Below are positions 9,965-19,531 of a stretch of DNA of 64,000 nt, in pieces. Position 1 is the first letter of the stretch; each line of letters opens with the position of its first letter. Below the pieces are notes generated by a model. It was not told the origin of the DNA. It searched no databases and saw only the letters and a list, made by a program, of their open reading frames with translations. Origin of the DNA: an uncultured virus (IMG/VR IMGVR_UViG_3300024324_000019) (Duplodnaviria; Heunggongvirae; Uroviricota; Caudoviricetes). The stretch lies in IMG/VR virus record IMGVR_UViG_3300024324_000019. One strand, written 5' to 3'. The position numbers were made by a program, and so were the translations under genes.

Positions 9965-10255
9965 TTGAAAAAGAAATTATGGACGACCGTCTAACATGCA
10001 TGACTTGCTGGGACGTTACTGTATTGGATGAAAATTATCAATGCCCATCCTGTGCCCGTACCACCCCATTTTGGGAATTTGTCAAGCGATGGATTAATGT
10101 GAAGAAAAGAAAATGATGAATACACTTGGATTCAAATTAACGGTGGCGGCTGTTGTATTCACCACTCTTATTATTGTTCCGATTTGGGCGGCGTCGAAGA
10201 TGCCAAAAGAATATACCACAGCCCCACAAAATGTCGAGAAATGTAAGGAAGGAAA

Positions 10256-10630
10256 ATGAAATATTCTGTTGTAGCTTATGAGCAAGCCCGCGTCAATCAT
10301 TGGGGTGGATACCCTGGTGCTTTTTCTTTTGATGCATACCACATAGGTACAAAAGTACCAAAGTATGTGGCTGATATTGATCTCAAAGAAGTCGAAAGCA
10401 TGACGTTTGCCGAGGCGACTAAGGATACCGATGTATTCACCGAGCAAGAAAGAGTCACAGAAAGACAGAGAGTCTGGCTGTGGTTCAAGGCTGATGTAAC
10501 GGTGACACCACACAAAAAGACTTATGAGGAAATGGATATCGTCGTTGCGGTTGTTCATTTCAAGTCTGGCGAAAGTCTGACATTATGGTTAGACCCAGGT
10601 GATGCACAACAATTGAAGGAGCAATGGTGA
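10256..10630 (+). CDS. Hypothetical protein
   Basis: AGGAAGG RBS, operon context. Confidence 0.6.
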   Translation: MKYSVVAYEQARVNHWGGYPGAFSFDAYHIGTKVPKYVADIDLKEVESMTFAEATKDTDVFTEQERVTERQRVWLWFKADVTVTPHKKTYEEMDIVVAVVHFKSGESLTLWLDPGDAQQLKEQW

Positions 10631-11015
10631 TGGACAAACGTGAAAAGCGAGAACTAGCCGCTTGTGTCGAGGTGTTATCTGGCGGAGCCAGGCACTTCAA
10701 TACCATCGTTGATGCTGTACGAAATACAGTGCCAGGGGTAACCACAGAGTGGAAACATTCGCGTGATGCGGTAATCACCGCCCGCGACAAGTTGCTGAAA
10801 GCCATTTCGGAGATTCCTGATGAATGATGTTCTGAAAGACCAACGGCAGTATATGTCGGTTATGTCATGGGCATTTGACCAATACCATAAAGAACTGCGG
10901 AAGGAAATCGAGTTTCTTCGGTGGCGACGTGACGACCTCCTGAGGGCTGGTAATGAACTGGTCGAGGAAAAACGTGCCTGGAAACAGGCTTATCAAGAAT
11001 TGTACCGCGGGGACA

Positions 11016-11023
11016 TATAAATA
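11016..11023 (+). promoter_or_regulatory. T4-type late promoter
   Basis: Intergenic TATAAATA. Confidence 0.6.
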
Positions 11024-11031
11024 CAAGCACA

Positions 11032-11439
11032 ATGAAAGGTGTTTGTATGACTGACAATGTGGTACAGTTTCCGATACACGCCATCAAGAGTATTGAGAAC
11101 GCGCTATCGGAACCTGATAAGCAAGACCTACAAATGAATAAGCAACGCTATCTGGACGCTTCGGTGGACCAGATTGGCGGGGCTTTGATGAACAGTTTTG
11201 CTATGATTGGTATCAATGTCTTCGACCAGAAATGCGGCGAGGACTTTTCAATTGTGATGGAAATGATAAGGTGCGCGATGTATCGCAATGTCGATATAGA
11301 CCACCCGCTTCACAGCCTCATGGATGATATGTACGAAAACCAAGCCGGATACTTTGGTGATGAAGAATTGCCAGACTATTTTGATGAGGAATTCGAAGAA
11401 TATTTACAAAATGAAGAAGAAGACCCAGATTTTACTTGA
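11032..11439 (+). CDS. Hypothetical protein with acidic tail
   Basis: N-terminal DNVVQFP motif, acidic C-terminus. Confidence 0.7.
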   Translation: MKGVCMTDNVVQFPIHAIKSIENALSEPDKQDLQMNKQRYLDASVDQIGGALMNSFAMIGINVFDQKCGEDFSIVMEMIRCAMYRNVDIDHPLHSLMDDMYENQAGYFGDEELPDYFDEEFEEYLQNEEEDPDFT

Positions 11440-11464
11440 CATAATGAAATAATTGGTGTATGAT
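11436..11464 (+). promoter_or_regulatory. sigma70-type promoter
   Basis: TTGACA-17-TATGAT. Confidence 0.7.
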
Positions 11465-11761
11465 CGTAATATGATGAAACGCAGAAATTTTTTAACAGGG
11501 TTGTTTGCGACTATCGCGGCTGTACCTGTGTTGATGACGTTACCCGCGAAGGCCTCTAAATTTTGGGGAAGCAAGAGTCATTTGACCCAAGACTTTGCAG
11601 AATGGGGATTCGGTACTGAACCCTTTTCTTTGTCTGTGTGGTTCGACGGTAAAAAATACCAGTCCGATCCCGATTATGTTCCGTCAGGTGATGGCACGAT
11701 TAAGTTTTATGGACCAATCCCAAAGGATGGCCAATTTATTATTACTAGGACTGAAAAATGA
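11453..11761 (+). CDS. Small protein with twin-arginine (Tat) signal; true start about 11472
   Basis: MKRRNFLTGLFATIAAVPVLMTLPAKA. Confidence 0.65.
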   Translation: MVYDRNMMKRRNFLTGLFATIAAVPVLMTLPAKASKFWGSKSHLTQDFAEWGFGTEPFSLSVWFDGKKYQSDPDYVPSGDGTIKFYGPIPKDGQFIITRTEK

Positions 11762-12624
11762 TTCTCGTTGATATAAACCAAGTGATGATTTCGAATATTT
11801 TTATGCAAATGCGTTTTGGTGGGAGTGACAACGCCCTTGATGAAGGCATGATACGCCATATGGTGTTGAATGGGCTTCGCTCGTACAAACGCAAGTTCGG
11901 CGACAAATACGGTGAAATGATTATCTGTGCCGACGATCGCCATTACTGGCGCAAGGAAATGTTCCCCTATTACAAGGCTGGTCGTAAAGGTACCCAAGAC
12001 AAAGATACCATTGATTGGCAGGAACTGTTCCGCATTCTCAATAAGGTGCGTGATGAAGTTCGCAACCACTTCCCCTGGAAAATGATTCAAGTTGAACATG
12101 CCGAGGCTGACGACTGCATTGGTACTCTATGCTATGAATTCGGAATTGAATTCGGCGGCGGAGAGCCCATTCTGATCTTGAGTTCTGACAAGGATTTCGT
12201 ACAACTTCAGAAATTTTCCAACGTGGATCAATACTCCCCTATTCAAAAGAAATGGGTTAAAGAGAAAAACCCGGAACGCTATCTTAGGGAGCATATCATG
12301 GCAGGCGATAAGGGCGATGGCATACCCAACTTCCTTTCCGACGATAACTGCCTTGTTGAAGATAGTGGCGTTAAGAAAACTCTAGGCAAAGTCAAGATTG
12401 GCAAATGGATTAATCAGGCGCCAGAAGATTTTTGTGACGAGAAAATGCTACGTGGTTGGAAGCGAAACGAGGCTCTTATTGACCTTGCGCTTGTACCCGA
12501 CAACGTGAAACACCAAGTGATGAAGCAATATAATACCGAACATAAGCCTACGGGTGACCTGTTCAGTTATTTCATCACCAACAAATTGAAACATTTAATG
12601 AAGGACATAAGGGACTTCCAATGA
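11758..12624 (+). CDS. rnh: T4-type RNase H (5'-3' exonuclease/flap endonuclease)
   Basis: MILVD, YWRK..FPYYKA.R, EADD, SSDKDF.QL, GDKGDGIPN. Confidence 0.95.
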   Translation: MILVDINQVMISNIFMQMRFGGSDNALDEGMIRHMVLNGLRSYKRKFGDKYGEMIICADDRHYWRKEMFPYYKAGRKGTQDKDTIDWQELFRILNKVRDEVRNHFPWKMIQVEHAEADDCIGTLCYEFGIEFGGGEPILILSSDKDFVQLQKFSNVDQYSPIQKKWVKEKNPERYLREHIMAGDKGDGIPNFLSDDNCLVEDSGVKKTLGKVKIGKWINQAPEDFCDEKMLRGWKRNEALIDLALVPDNVKHQVMKQYNTEHKPTGDLFSYFITNKLKHLMKDIRDFQ

Positions 12625-13031
12625 AACCATTACTAGCAGAAATTGCGGCTGACTTAAAGAAGTGCCGCAGCAATACCAAGAAGATTGAGATTCTACGCAA
12701 GAACGACAACCCGACATTTCGGGAGTTCTGTGCCTATTGGGTTAACCCAAACATCAAGTGGTTGCTTCCAGATGGTGAGCCACCTTATGTGGTGAACGAG
12801 CCACATGACGCCGAAGAAAATCTATGGGGTCAAGTTCGAAAACTCTATGTGTTTGTCGAGGGCGGTGCACCAAATCTAGCGCCGAATCGTCGTGAGAAAT
12901 TGTGGGTGGATACGCTTGAAATGCTTCATCCTGATGATGCCAAAATGATGATTGCGATGGCAAACGGTAAACTCAAGGGCCTGAACGAGGCTACTGTGAG
13001 GGAGGCCTTCCCCGGCCTACTGACCTACTAA
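12621..13031 (+). CDS. Conserved hypothetical protein following rnh
   Basis: W.LP.G.PPY, RREKLW...LE.LHP.DA, EAFPGLL. Confidence 0.75.
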   Translation: MKPLLAEIAADLKKCRSNTKKIEILRKNDNPTFREFCAYWVNPNIKWLLPDGEPPYVVNEPHDAEENLWGQVRKLYVFVEGGAPNLAPNRREKLWVDTLEMLHPDDAKMMIAMANGKLKGLNEATVREAFPGLLTY

Positions 13032-13157
13032 TGTCAAAAGTACAGCGAAAAGAATACGACGACGAGTGGGGTAGCAACAAGCTACCCCGCGAAACCGGCA
13101 CCCGGAAAAGGTTCTCTAAAAAGGAACTGTTTGATTATGTCGAGGAATTAGAAGAAA

Positions 13158-13736
13158 ATGACGACAGCATTTATAGTGGGCAACGGGCGGAGTCGTGAAG
13201 GCTTTGACCTCCGCTTCCTGAAACCATACGGCACAGTATACGGATGCAATCTGTTATTCACGGAATACCCAAACTTTGAGATACCAGACTTCACCGTTTC
13301 GATTGAAGACTATCGCAAGGAAATGATTCGTGAAGCTGGTTTTCCTGAAGACCGCTGTATCTTTCCGCCCGAACATGAACAATATGAATTAGAGGGCTAT
13401 AATGGTCCGTCTAGCATCAGGTCCAATGCCGGCATGAATGCTATGGCCGAAGCCATCAAGGCTGGAAACACCAGGCTGTATTTACTCGGCTTCGATTTCA
13501 TGTATAACAGTATTCAGAGCATTTCCAACATGTTCGACGGCGATAAAAAAGTTCGCACGACCATGACGGATTCTCAAAAACGCTGCCATTATTTTGATTG
13601 GTATGCCCGAGATAATCCCAACATACATTTCAGATTTGTGTTTGATGAATTGCATGAGGGCTTTCACCAATTGAGTGCCACGAATGCCGACGGAATTTTC
13701 TACAATACGTTGATGAAAGAATTAGAGAATGACTAG
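13158..13736 (+). CDS. Putative sugar-transferase-like protein (GNGxS motif)
   Basis: FIVGNGRSR, YGCN, YLLGFD, as in sialyltransferase/Maf-like folds. Confidence 0.55.
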   Translation: MTTAFIVGNGRSREGFDLRFLKPYGTVYGCNLLFTEYPNFEIPDFTVSIEDYRKEMIREAGFPEDRCIFPPEHEQYELEGYNGPSSIRSNAGMNAMAEAIKAGNTRLYLLGFDFMYNSIQSISNMFDGDKKVRTTMTDSQKRCHYFDWYARDNPNIHFRFVFDELHEGFHQLSATNADGIFYNTLMKELEND

Positions 13737-14475
13737 ATTTTTTGATGATATAGAAGAAGCCCCGTTTTGTGATGACGCGGTGTTTATTGGGTACGACCCA
13801 CTTGAGGACAAAGCCGCAAAGATGTTGGCTCATTCTATTCGTAGTCGAACCAATATGAAACTTGGTATTTTTCCTATCATACGGGACCAGTTGCTTGCTT
13901 ATGATATTTGTGACCGTCCTATTGACCCAATGGGCAGCACCCAGTTTTCTATCACCCGATTCCTTGTGCCACATTTGATGGGCTATCAGGGCGTTGGTGT
14001 GTTCATGGATTGTGATATGCTTATCACCCGGAATATTTTGGAAGTGTTTGACGCTTTCGATCCGTCTAAGGCTATTCAATGCCCACAGCATGATTATACA
14101 CCGAAGTTCGATGACAAGATGGGTGGTATACCACAGACGGTTTACCCACGGAAACAATGGTCCGCTTTCACGATTTATAATTGCGATCACCCTGTGACAA
14201 AACAACTCACCAACACGGTTGTTGAGACTGCCTCTCCTAAATACTTACACAGATTCGAATGGTGCCCCGATGAATATATCGGTGACTTGCCTCTTGATTT
14301 CAACTTTCTAGTTGGCGAACAGGACAAGCCAGAGAAGATGCCGATGGTAGTACATCATACGCTTGGGGCTCCTTTATTCGCCGAATGCCAAGATGTAGAT
14401 TATGCAGACTACTGGAAAGAGGAATTCAAGGCTACATTTGGTCGACCGTTTTCCCATGAGGATATTATCAACTGA
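13729..14475 (+). CDS. GT-A glycosyltransferase (family 8-like)
   Basis: VFIGYD, STQFSITRFLVP, FMDCDML (DxD), YPRKQWS, HHTLGAP. Confidence 0.85.
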   Translation: MTRFFDDIEEAPFCDDAVFIGYDPLEDKAAKMLAHSIRSRTNMKLGIFPIIRDQLLAYDICDRPIDPMGSTQFSITRFLVPHLMGYQGVGVFMDCDMLITRNILEVFDAFDPSKAIQCPQHDYTPKFDDKMGGIPQTVYPRKQWSAFTIYNCDHPVTKQLTNTVVETASPKYLHRFEWCPDEYIGDLPLDFNFLVGEQDKPEKMPMVVHHTLGAPLFAECQDVDYADYWKEEFKATFGRPFSHEDIIN

Positions 14476-14664
14476 GTGATTTTGGTCGACCAGTAATTTT
14501 TGCTCGGTGTTCGTCTGTCTGTTTATAACCAACACCCCATTTATTACCCATTGCCGATTTACTCATTTTCGCTTTTGTCTCGGCTGACCATTTGACGCAT
14601 AACGGGCGCCATAGTATTTTTGACCAGTCGTTTTGGAAGTAACTAAATATGTGTATGGAATCAT
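14468..14664 (-). pseudogene. Internally deleted, frameshifted GIY-YIG/NUMOD3 homing endonuclease remnant
   Basis: MIPYTYLVTSKTTGQKYYGARY... then in another frame KWSAETKAKMSKSAMGNKWGVGYKQTDEHRAKI; AGGAG RBS and TATAAATA upstream. Confidence 0.75.
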
Positions 14665-14726
14665 TTGCTGATATCTCCTATGAGAGAATTAGATGTGGTG
14701 GGAACTACGAATTCCGCGACTACAAC

Positions 14727-14734
14727 TATTTATA
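14727..14734 (-). promoter_or_regulatory. T4-type late promoter for the endonuclease remnant
   Basis: TATAAATA on minus strand. Confidence 0.6.
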
Positions 14735-14752
14735 ACAACAAGGAAATAGATA

Positions 14753-15688
14753 ATGGGTAAGATTACCGACCGGATTGATAACATAACAGGGATGAAAGAA
14801 AAACATTTTTCTCTCAAGCCACCCACACCCGAAAGTGTGAAAATTGAACTGACAGGAAAATGTAATTTTCGATGCGGATTTTGTGCCCATAATGATCGTT
14901 TACGACAAACAGGCGCAATGGATTGGGACCTCTTCAAAAGAGTGGTAAAAGAAATGCGTGAGGCTGGAGTCGAGGAACTTGGAATGTTTTATTTGGGTGA
15001 ATCATTTTTAGACCCAAGGTTGCCTGAAGCCATTCGGTATGCCAAAGAAGACTGCGGTTATCCGTATGTGTTTTTGACAACCAACGGTTCTCTGTCTACA
15101 CCCGAGAAGGTGAAAGAATGCATGGAGGCTGGACTCGATAGCCTCAAGTTCTCATTGAACTATGCCGACGAGGAGCAATTCAAGGAAATCGCACGGGTCA
15201 AGGGTGAACTGTTTTACACCATTGCCGAGAACGTCAAGGGTGCTTACAAGGTCCGTGAAGAAGGTGGCTATAACTGCACCCTCTCTGCTTCCTTTATCGA
15301 ATACACAGGCGACCAAGCTGACAAGATCGAGGAATACCTGGCTGACTTGAGCCCACACCTTGATGAAATGTATGCGCTGCCTTTATACAACCAGGCTGCT
15401 TTGGTCGAAAATGAAGATTGGACTTTCGTTCAAGGAAACCGTGGTCGGCTTGACGCGCTACGCGACCCACTCCCATGTTGGAGTATTTTCACCGAGGGGC
15501 ACATTTCCTTTGATGGTCGCCTAAGCGCCTGTTGCTTCGACCACGACTCTAGGTTTGATATGGGTGACCTTAATACAACTTCATTCATGGACGCATGGCA
15601 TTCTGAAAAGTTTCAGGAGTTACGGGCCAAGCATATTGAAAAAGATGTGACCGGAACTATTTGCGAACAATGCGTAATTTATGATTGA
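14753..15688 (+). CDS. Radical SAM protein with SPASM/twitch domain
   Basis: CNFRCGFC (CxxxCxxC), TTNG, C-terminal CWS...CCFD...G...CEQC. Confidence 0.93.
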   Translation: MGKITDRIDNITGMKEKHFSLKPPTPESVKIELTGKCNFRCGFCAHNDRLRQTGAMDWDLFKRVVKEMREAGVEELGMFYLGESFLDPRLPEAIRYAKEDCGYPYVFLTTNGSLSTPEKVKECMEAGLDSLKFSLNYADEEQFKEIARVKGELFYTIAENVKGAYKVREEGGYNCTLSASFIEYTGDQADKIEEYLADLSPHLDEMYALPLYNQAALVENEDWTFVQGNRGRLDALRDPLPCWSIFTEGHISFDGRLSACCFDHDSRFDMGDLNTTSFMDAWHSEKFQELRAKHIEKDVTGTICEQCVIYD

Positions 15689-15713
15689 CAAACGCCTGGC
15701 TTTATGCTAGGAT
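15685..15713 (+). promoter_or_regulatory. sigma70-type promoter
   Basis: TTGACA-17-TAGGAT with extended TG. Confidence 0.65.
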
Positions 15714-15718
15714 CAAGA

Positions 15719-15962
15719 ATAGTCGAATGTGACTATCGGTTACTGGTACCGTGAGGAGAAAAGAAGGAGCGATATATAAATCTTTCGATAGAAGGCTGCC
15801 CAGAAACACCGGCAGCCCAAGACCGAGAGTGTGTCGTGCTGAATTCTGGAATCTCTGCCCACAGGGGGATAAGACCCCATATATGAGATATAGATGTATA
15901 AGACGTAAGACTATGAATAAGAGAAATGCCCCGGGGAATGGCCACTCTGGGGCATTTTTTTT
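15719..15962 (+). ncRNA. Candidate structured non-coding RNA
   Basis: Bounded by its own promoter and terminator, several hairpins, no credible ORF. Confidence 0.45.
15924..15962 (+). terminator. Rho-independent terminator
   Basis: AAATGCCCC...GGGGCATTT stem followed by a T-run. Confidence 0.85.
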
Positions 15963-15993
15963 GCTTTTTTCTCACCTTTTTTGTCGATTTCGC

Positions 15994-16037
15994 TTGACAT
16001 TTGGTCAAATATAGTGCATGATCAGATAGTAAGATCA
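15994..16037 (+). promoter_or_regulatory. Repeated early promoter cassette
   Basis: TTGACAtttggtcaaatatagtgCATGATcagatagtaagatca. Confidence 0.85.
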
Positions 16038-16057
16038 AGAACCAAGAGAGAAAACAA

Positions 16058-16387
16058 ATGACTACTTTCACCATGAAAAAAGAGACCCAGACCAGTTTCA
16101 GAATTACCACTGGTCGCGCCACACTCGGTTGGATTCGTCCTACTGAAGACGGAAATTTTCGTGCTACTGCGAAATATCAGGGCAAAACTGGTGTTGCTGT
16201 TGCTGCGACTGTCAAAGATGCTTTTACCGCTGTCTTGAACGAAGTTACTACGCTTGAAACTGCGGAAAGTCGCGCTGCTGCCCGTGCTGCAAAAAATGCT
16301 GCAAACGCTAAATTAAACGCAGAATTCGCCGGGTTGCTTAATGCTTCCGGTTTTACCCCTGAAATGATGCAAACTTTATTGAAATAA
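16058..16387 (+). CDS. Hypothetical early protein
   Basis: Single gene between two promoter cassettes. Confidence 0.75.
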   Translation: MTTFTMKKETQTSFRITTGRATLGWIRPTEDGNFRATAKYQGKTGVAVAATVKDAFTAVLNEVTTLETAESRAAARAAKNAANAKLNAEFAGLLNASGFTPEMMQTLLK

Positions 16388-16401
16388 AGTGCAATAAACG
16401 C

Positions 16402-16445
16402 TTGACATTTGGTCAGAAATAGTGCATGATCAAATAGTAAGATCA
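16402..16445 (+). promoter_or_regulatory. Repeated early promoter cassette
   Basis: TTGACAtttggtcagaaatagtgCATGATcaaatagtaagatca. Confidence 0.85.
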
Positions 16446-16472
16446 ATTAGAAACAAAGAGAGAGAATTGAAA

Positions 16473-16610
16473 ATGACTAAACAAGAAATGCGTGAAATGA
16501 TTGAAGCCAAAACCGCTGAATATCTCGCTGGTGGTGGTTCCGTGAAACAAGTTGCTGCAAAGTCAATGAGTAAAGAACTTGCTTATAACAAAGGAGTTTC
16601 TGCGAAATGA
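16473..16610 (+). CDS. Small hypothetical protein
   Basis: MTKQEMREMIEAKTAEYLAGGGSVKQ after GAGAG leader. Confidence 0.65.
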   Translation: MTKQEMREMIEAKTAEYLAGGGSVKQVAAKSMSKELAYNKGVSAK

Positions 16611-16918
16611 ATACCGAAATAGCCACTCTGCTTGAGAATCTGAAAGCTGATTACAGACGCTGGTCCGGCCTTGTAAATTCGCCCAACGAAGCGATGATCG
16701 AGCGTTTCGAAAACGGCCTTGAAGTCGTTGAAGGAAACAAATATACCAAAATCATCCAGAACAATTGCGTCTGGGGTTTTGTTGTTGCTGTTGATAACGA
16801 CAAAAAGTTTCGTAAGGGCGATATCCTGAAGCCTGCTGGCTGGGCTGGTCCTGCGCGTAACTTTGCCCGTGGAAACATTCTGGATGGTGGTTACACCGTT
16901 CGTTGGGCGGGGCTGTAA
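16607..16918 (+). CDS. Conserved phage hypothetical protein
   Basis: G.KY.KI...VWGFV...GDILKPAGW.GPA.N.ARGNI. Confidence 0.75.
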   Translation: MNTEIATLLENLKADYRRWSGLVNSPNEAMIERFENGLEVVEGNKYTKIIQNNCVWGFVVAVDNDKKFRKGDILKPAGWAGPARNFARGNILDGGYTVRWAGL

Positions 16919-17292
16919 AATGAAAATTTGGTATTTACATGAGGGCTGTGGCGATTTGGATGGTTTTTTCGATTCATTAGATAAAGCCAGGGATGCACTT
17001 GTCGAACGCAATAATTACATGCTCGACTCGGACGATGAAAGTTTTGTTCATGCCTATGAATCATGGCTCGAATCAGCCCTTGATATAGAAATTGTGGAAG
17101 TGGAGGTTCAGTAAATGATTACCATCACCTTGAATACCGATAATGATGCGTTTGCAGGATACGGCGAAAAACAAGTCGCCCGTATCTTGCGCGATCTCGC
17201 CGATAGTGTTGAAGTCGGAATCCCCGCTGATTATCTTTATGATATCAACGGCAACCGTTGTGGCACCTGTGAAAACCTGGAGGAAATGTATA

Positions 17293-17532
17293 ATGATTGA
17301 AACACTTTCAAGCGGGTGGGAAAGCGAAGCCGCATGGGGCAAATCTACTGCGAGTCAGTATGAATTGCCCGATCTAACCAGCAAAATGGACTTGCCCTGC
17401 GAGGGCTGTGACCTGGAGGCTGTCTGCGAAGCCGATGGTAACGAATGCTCTGCATTCCGTAACTGGTGCCTGCGTGGCAAATACGAAGATGAAAAAATCG
17501 GCAAACTCTTACGAGTAGGAAAAACTCTATGA
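17293..17532 (+). CDS. Small Cys-rich (putative metal-binding) protein
   Basis: PCEGC...C...ECSAF. Confidence 0.55.
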   Translation: MIETLSSGWESEAAWGKSTASQYELPDLTSKMDLPCEGCDLEAVCEADGNECSAFRNWCLRGKYEDEKIGKLLRVGKTL

Positions 17533-17746
17533 TAACGCATATTGGAGCCACGCCCAAAGGCGTGTTGGTTATGGTCACCAAAGACGGCGAAGATTTCTGG
17601 CCGACAGACCATGTTGAAGTGGCGAGAATTATTGTTCGGGTTGGTCTAAGTGGCGAAGCCACAGTGAATATTCCCGACGAGCAGGTTGAATTGAAACTGA
17701 TGTTGGCCCAAGGTTTGGACCTCTCAAGGCAAGAAGGAATTCGATA

Positions 17747-18004
17747 ATGAAATATCTTGATATCGGTGGTCCCAAAGGCAATGCTTTTGTCTTGCTTGGG
17801 ATTGCCCAGAATTGGCTACGAGATTCGGTAGACACCGAAGAAGAAGTCACCGAGATCATAAATCGAATGAAGACTGGCGACTACAACAACCTCTTGTATC
17901 ATTTCAACCTGTTGTTCGATTCGTTTGTCACGCTGACGGCTGACCGAGAGCTGGCTGGTGTAAACGAGGAAAACTATATCATCAAGGAAAGCGAGTGGAT
18001 TTAG
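17747..18004 (+). CDS. Conserved phage hypothetical protein
   Basis: GPKGNAF.LLG.A...M..GDY..LL. Confidence 0.7.
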   Translation: MKYLDIGGPKGNAFVLLGIAQNWLRDSVDTEEEVTEIINRMKTGDYNNLLYHFNLLFDSFVTLTADRELAGVNEENYIIKESEWI

Positions 18005-18488
18005 TTCACACTAAATAACCCTGAAAGGAACTGAAATATGTTCGGAATTATGGTGCCCGATTGGGTACTTTTAGCCTCTCTTGGTGTTTGCGCGTTTGTT
18101 TCGTATAAAGCGGGATTAGCCGATACCATGAGGGCTGTCAGAGAAGTCGTACCACCCCTTATGGTGGTGGGTGAAATTATTGATATGATGTTGCACAAAC
18201 TGGAAGACTCCGGCAAAATTGTGTTGGTAAAAGATGGTCAACGTGTGATTGATGTAAAACGGTACGATTGGGTACCAGAAAAGGAAAATGAAAATGGGTG
18301 AACGTACAGGACAATTGGGTTTTATCGGTGAAAGTTATTACGCAATATGCATAGATGAGGACGGAAAAATCGTAAGAGAGGTCCGGGCCAAGTCGAAACA
18401 GGACGCATATGAACGCATTGAATACTGGTGCACGGCGGGAATGATTGAAGAAAATTGGTAAAAAGGTGAAGTTTTTTGATAAAAGGGG

Positions 18489-18527
18489 TTGACATTTACC
18501 CCGAAATGGTGCATGATCTAGATAGTG
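18489..18527 (+). promoter_or_regulatory. Divergent copy of the early promoter cassette
   Basis: TTGACAtttaccccgaaatggtgCATGATctagatagt. Confidence 0.75.
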
Positions 18528-19096
18528 ATTGTTTACCTTTTGAGGAGAAAATCATGTGTGAAATTCGGAATGCAATTTTAGAAGCCCTGGTCGAAATGGA
18601 TATGAACCATAACCAAGCTGTTATTCATGCCATAGAAATTACCGGTTGTGAGGATGTTGAGGCCGAAGAAGCCTACGACGAAGTTTTTGAAACTCTGACT
18701 TACGGAATGTGATTATGGATATTGTTGAAGAATTACGCCACAAGGCAAACAATAAACTCCGGCGTGTTGTTGAAGATATGTCTTTACAAAATCGCCAGTT
18801 GCTGGCCGCATTACAAGCGGTTCCACAATATTTTGAGGTGAAAAAGGATAACCCTTTGTGATGTTGAAAATTGTACTGATCGTGACCAGCCTTGTATCTG
18901 GAAATGAATTGACCAGGGTTCCTTATGACGACTGGAAAACCTGCCGGACTGAGTCTATCAAAGTTATCAACCAAATGTCTACCGACGTTGATGTTGTCTG
19001 TGTCCCTATGAAAGTCAAAGACCCCGCTGTGGCGAAAGCCGAGACTGCCAAAATGTTTGGGATGATTAGCGCATTCATCAAAGCGATGGAAGACCA

Positions 19097-19531
19097 GTGA
19101 AAACATCATTGACCGTCGGCGCTCTTATGCTGCTTTCAACAGCCGCAAGCGCCACGACTCCATGCTATATTGATAGACAGACAAAAGAGGTCTATCATGG
19201 TAGGCTGGATTATATCAAAAGCGTATCGTCAACGACGGTGCCTTTTTTGACTGGGCGCAAATGCGTCGTACAGGTTGTTGGGTTGGTTGGTACATCCGAG
19301 GTATCGGGTACTTCATCATTTTTCTTTAGACCCAGCGAGACAGAGAAATGGGCGTGTGAACAGGCTCTTATTGAAGCCAAGACGAAAATCCTTGAACAGA
19401 CTTCGCACACGTTAAGTATGGTGAAAAAAGAGGTCTGTAAAACGGGTATGAAAATGCAGGGAAACAATCGGATCATTGATACGGCTCGATTTGGATTGCC
19501 CTGGGTTAAACCCAAATTTATTGGAAATTGA
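19097..19531 (+). CDS. Secreted Cys-containing protein
   Basis: Sec-type signal (LMLLSTAASA), 4 Cys. Confidence 0.65.
   Translation: MKTSLTVGALMLLSTAASATTPCYIDRQTKEVYHGRLDYIKSVSSTTVPFLTGRKCVVQVVGLVGTSEVSGTSSFFFRPSETEKWACEQALIEAKTKILEQTSHTLSMVKKEVCKTGMKMQGNNRIIDTARFGLPWVKPKFIGN

Noticed and set aside
15751..16014. 87-aa ORF across the candidate ncRNA
   Set aside because: No RBS, runs through a terminator into the next promoter, atypical composition
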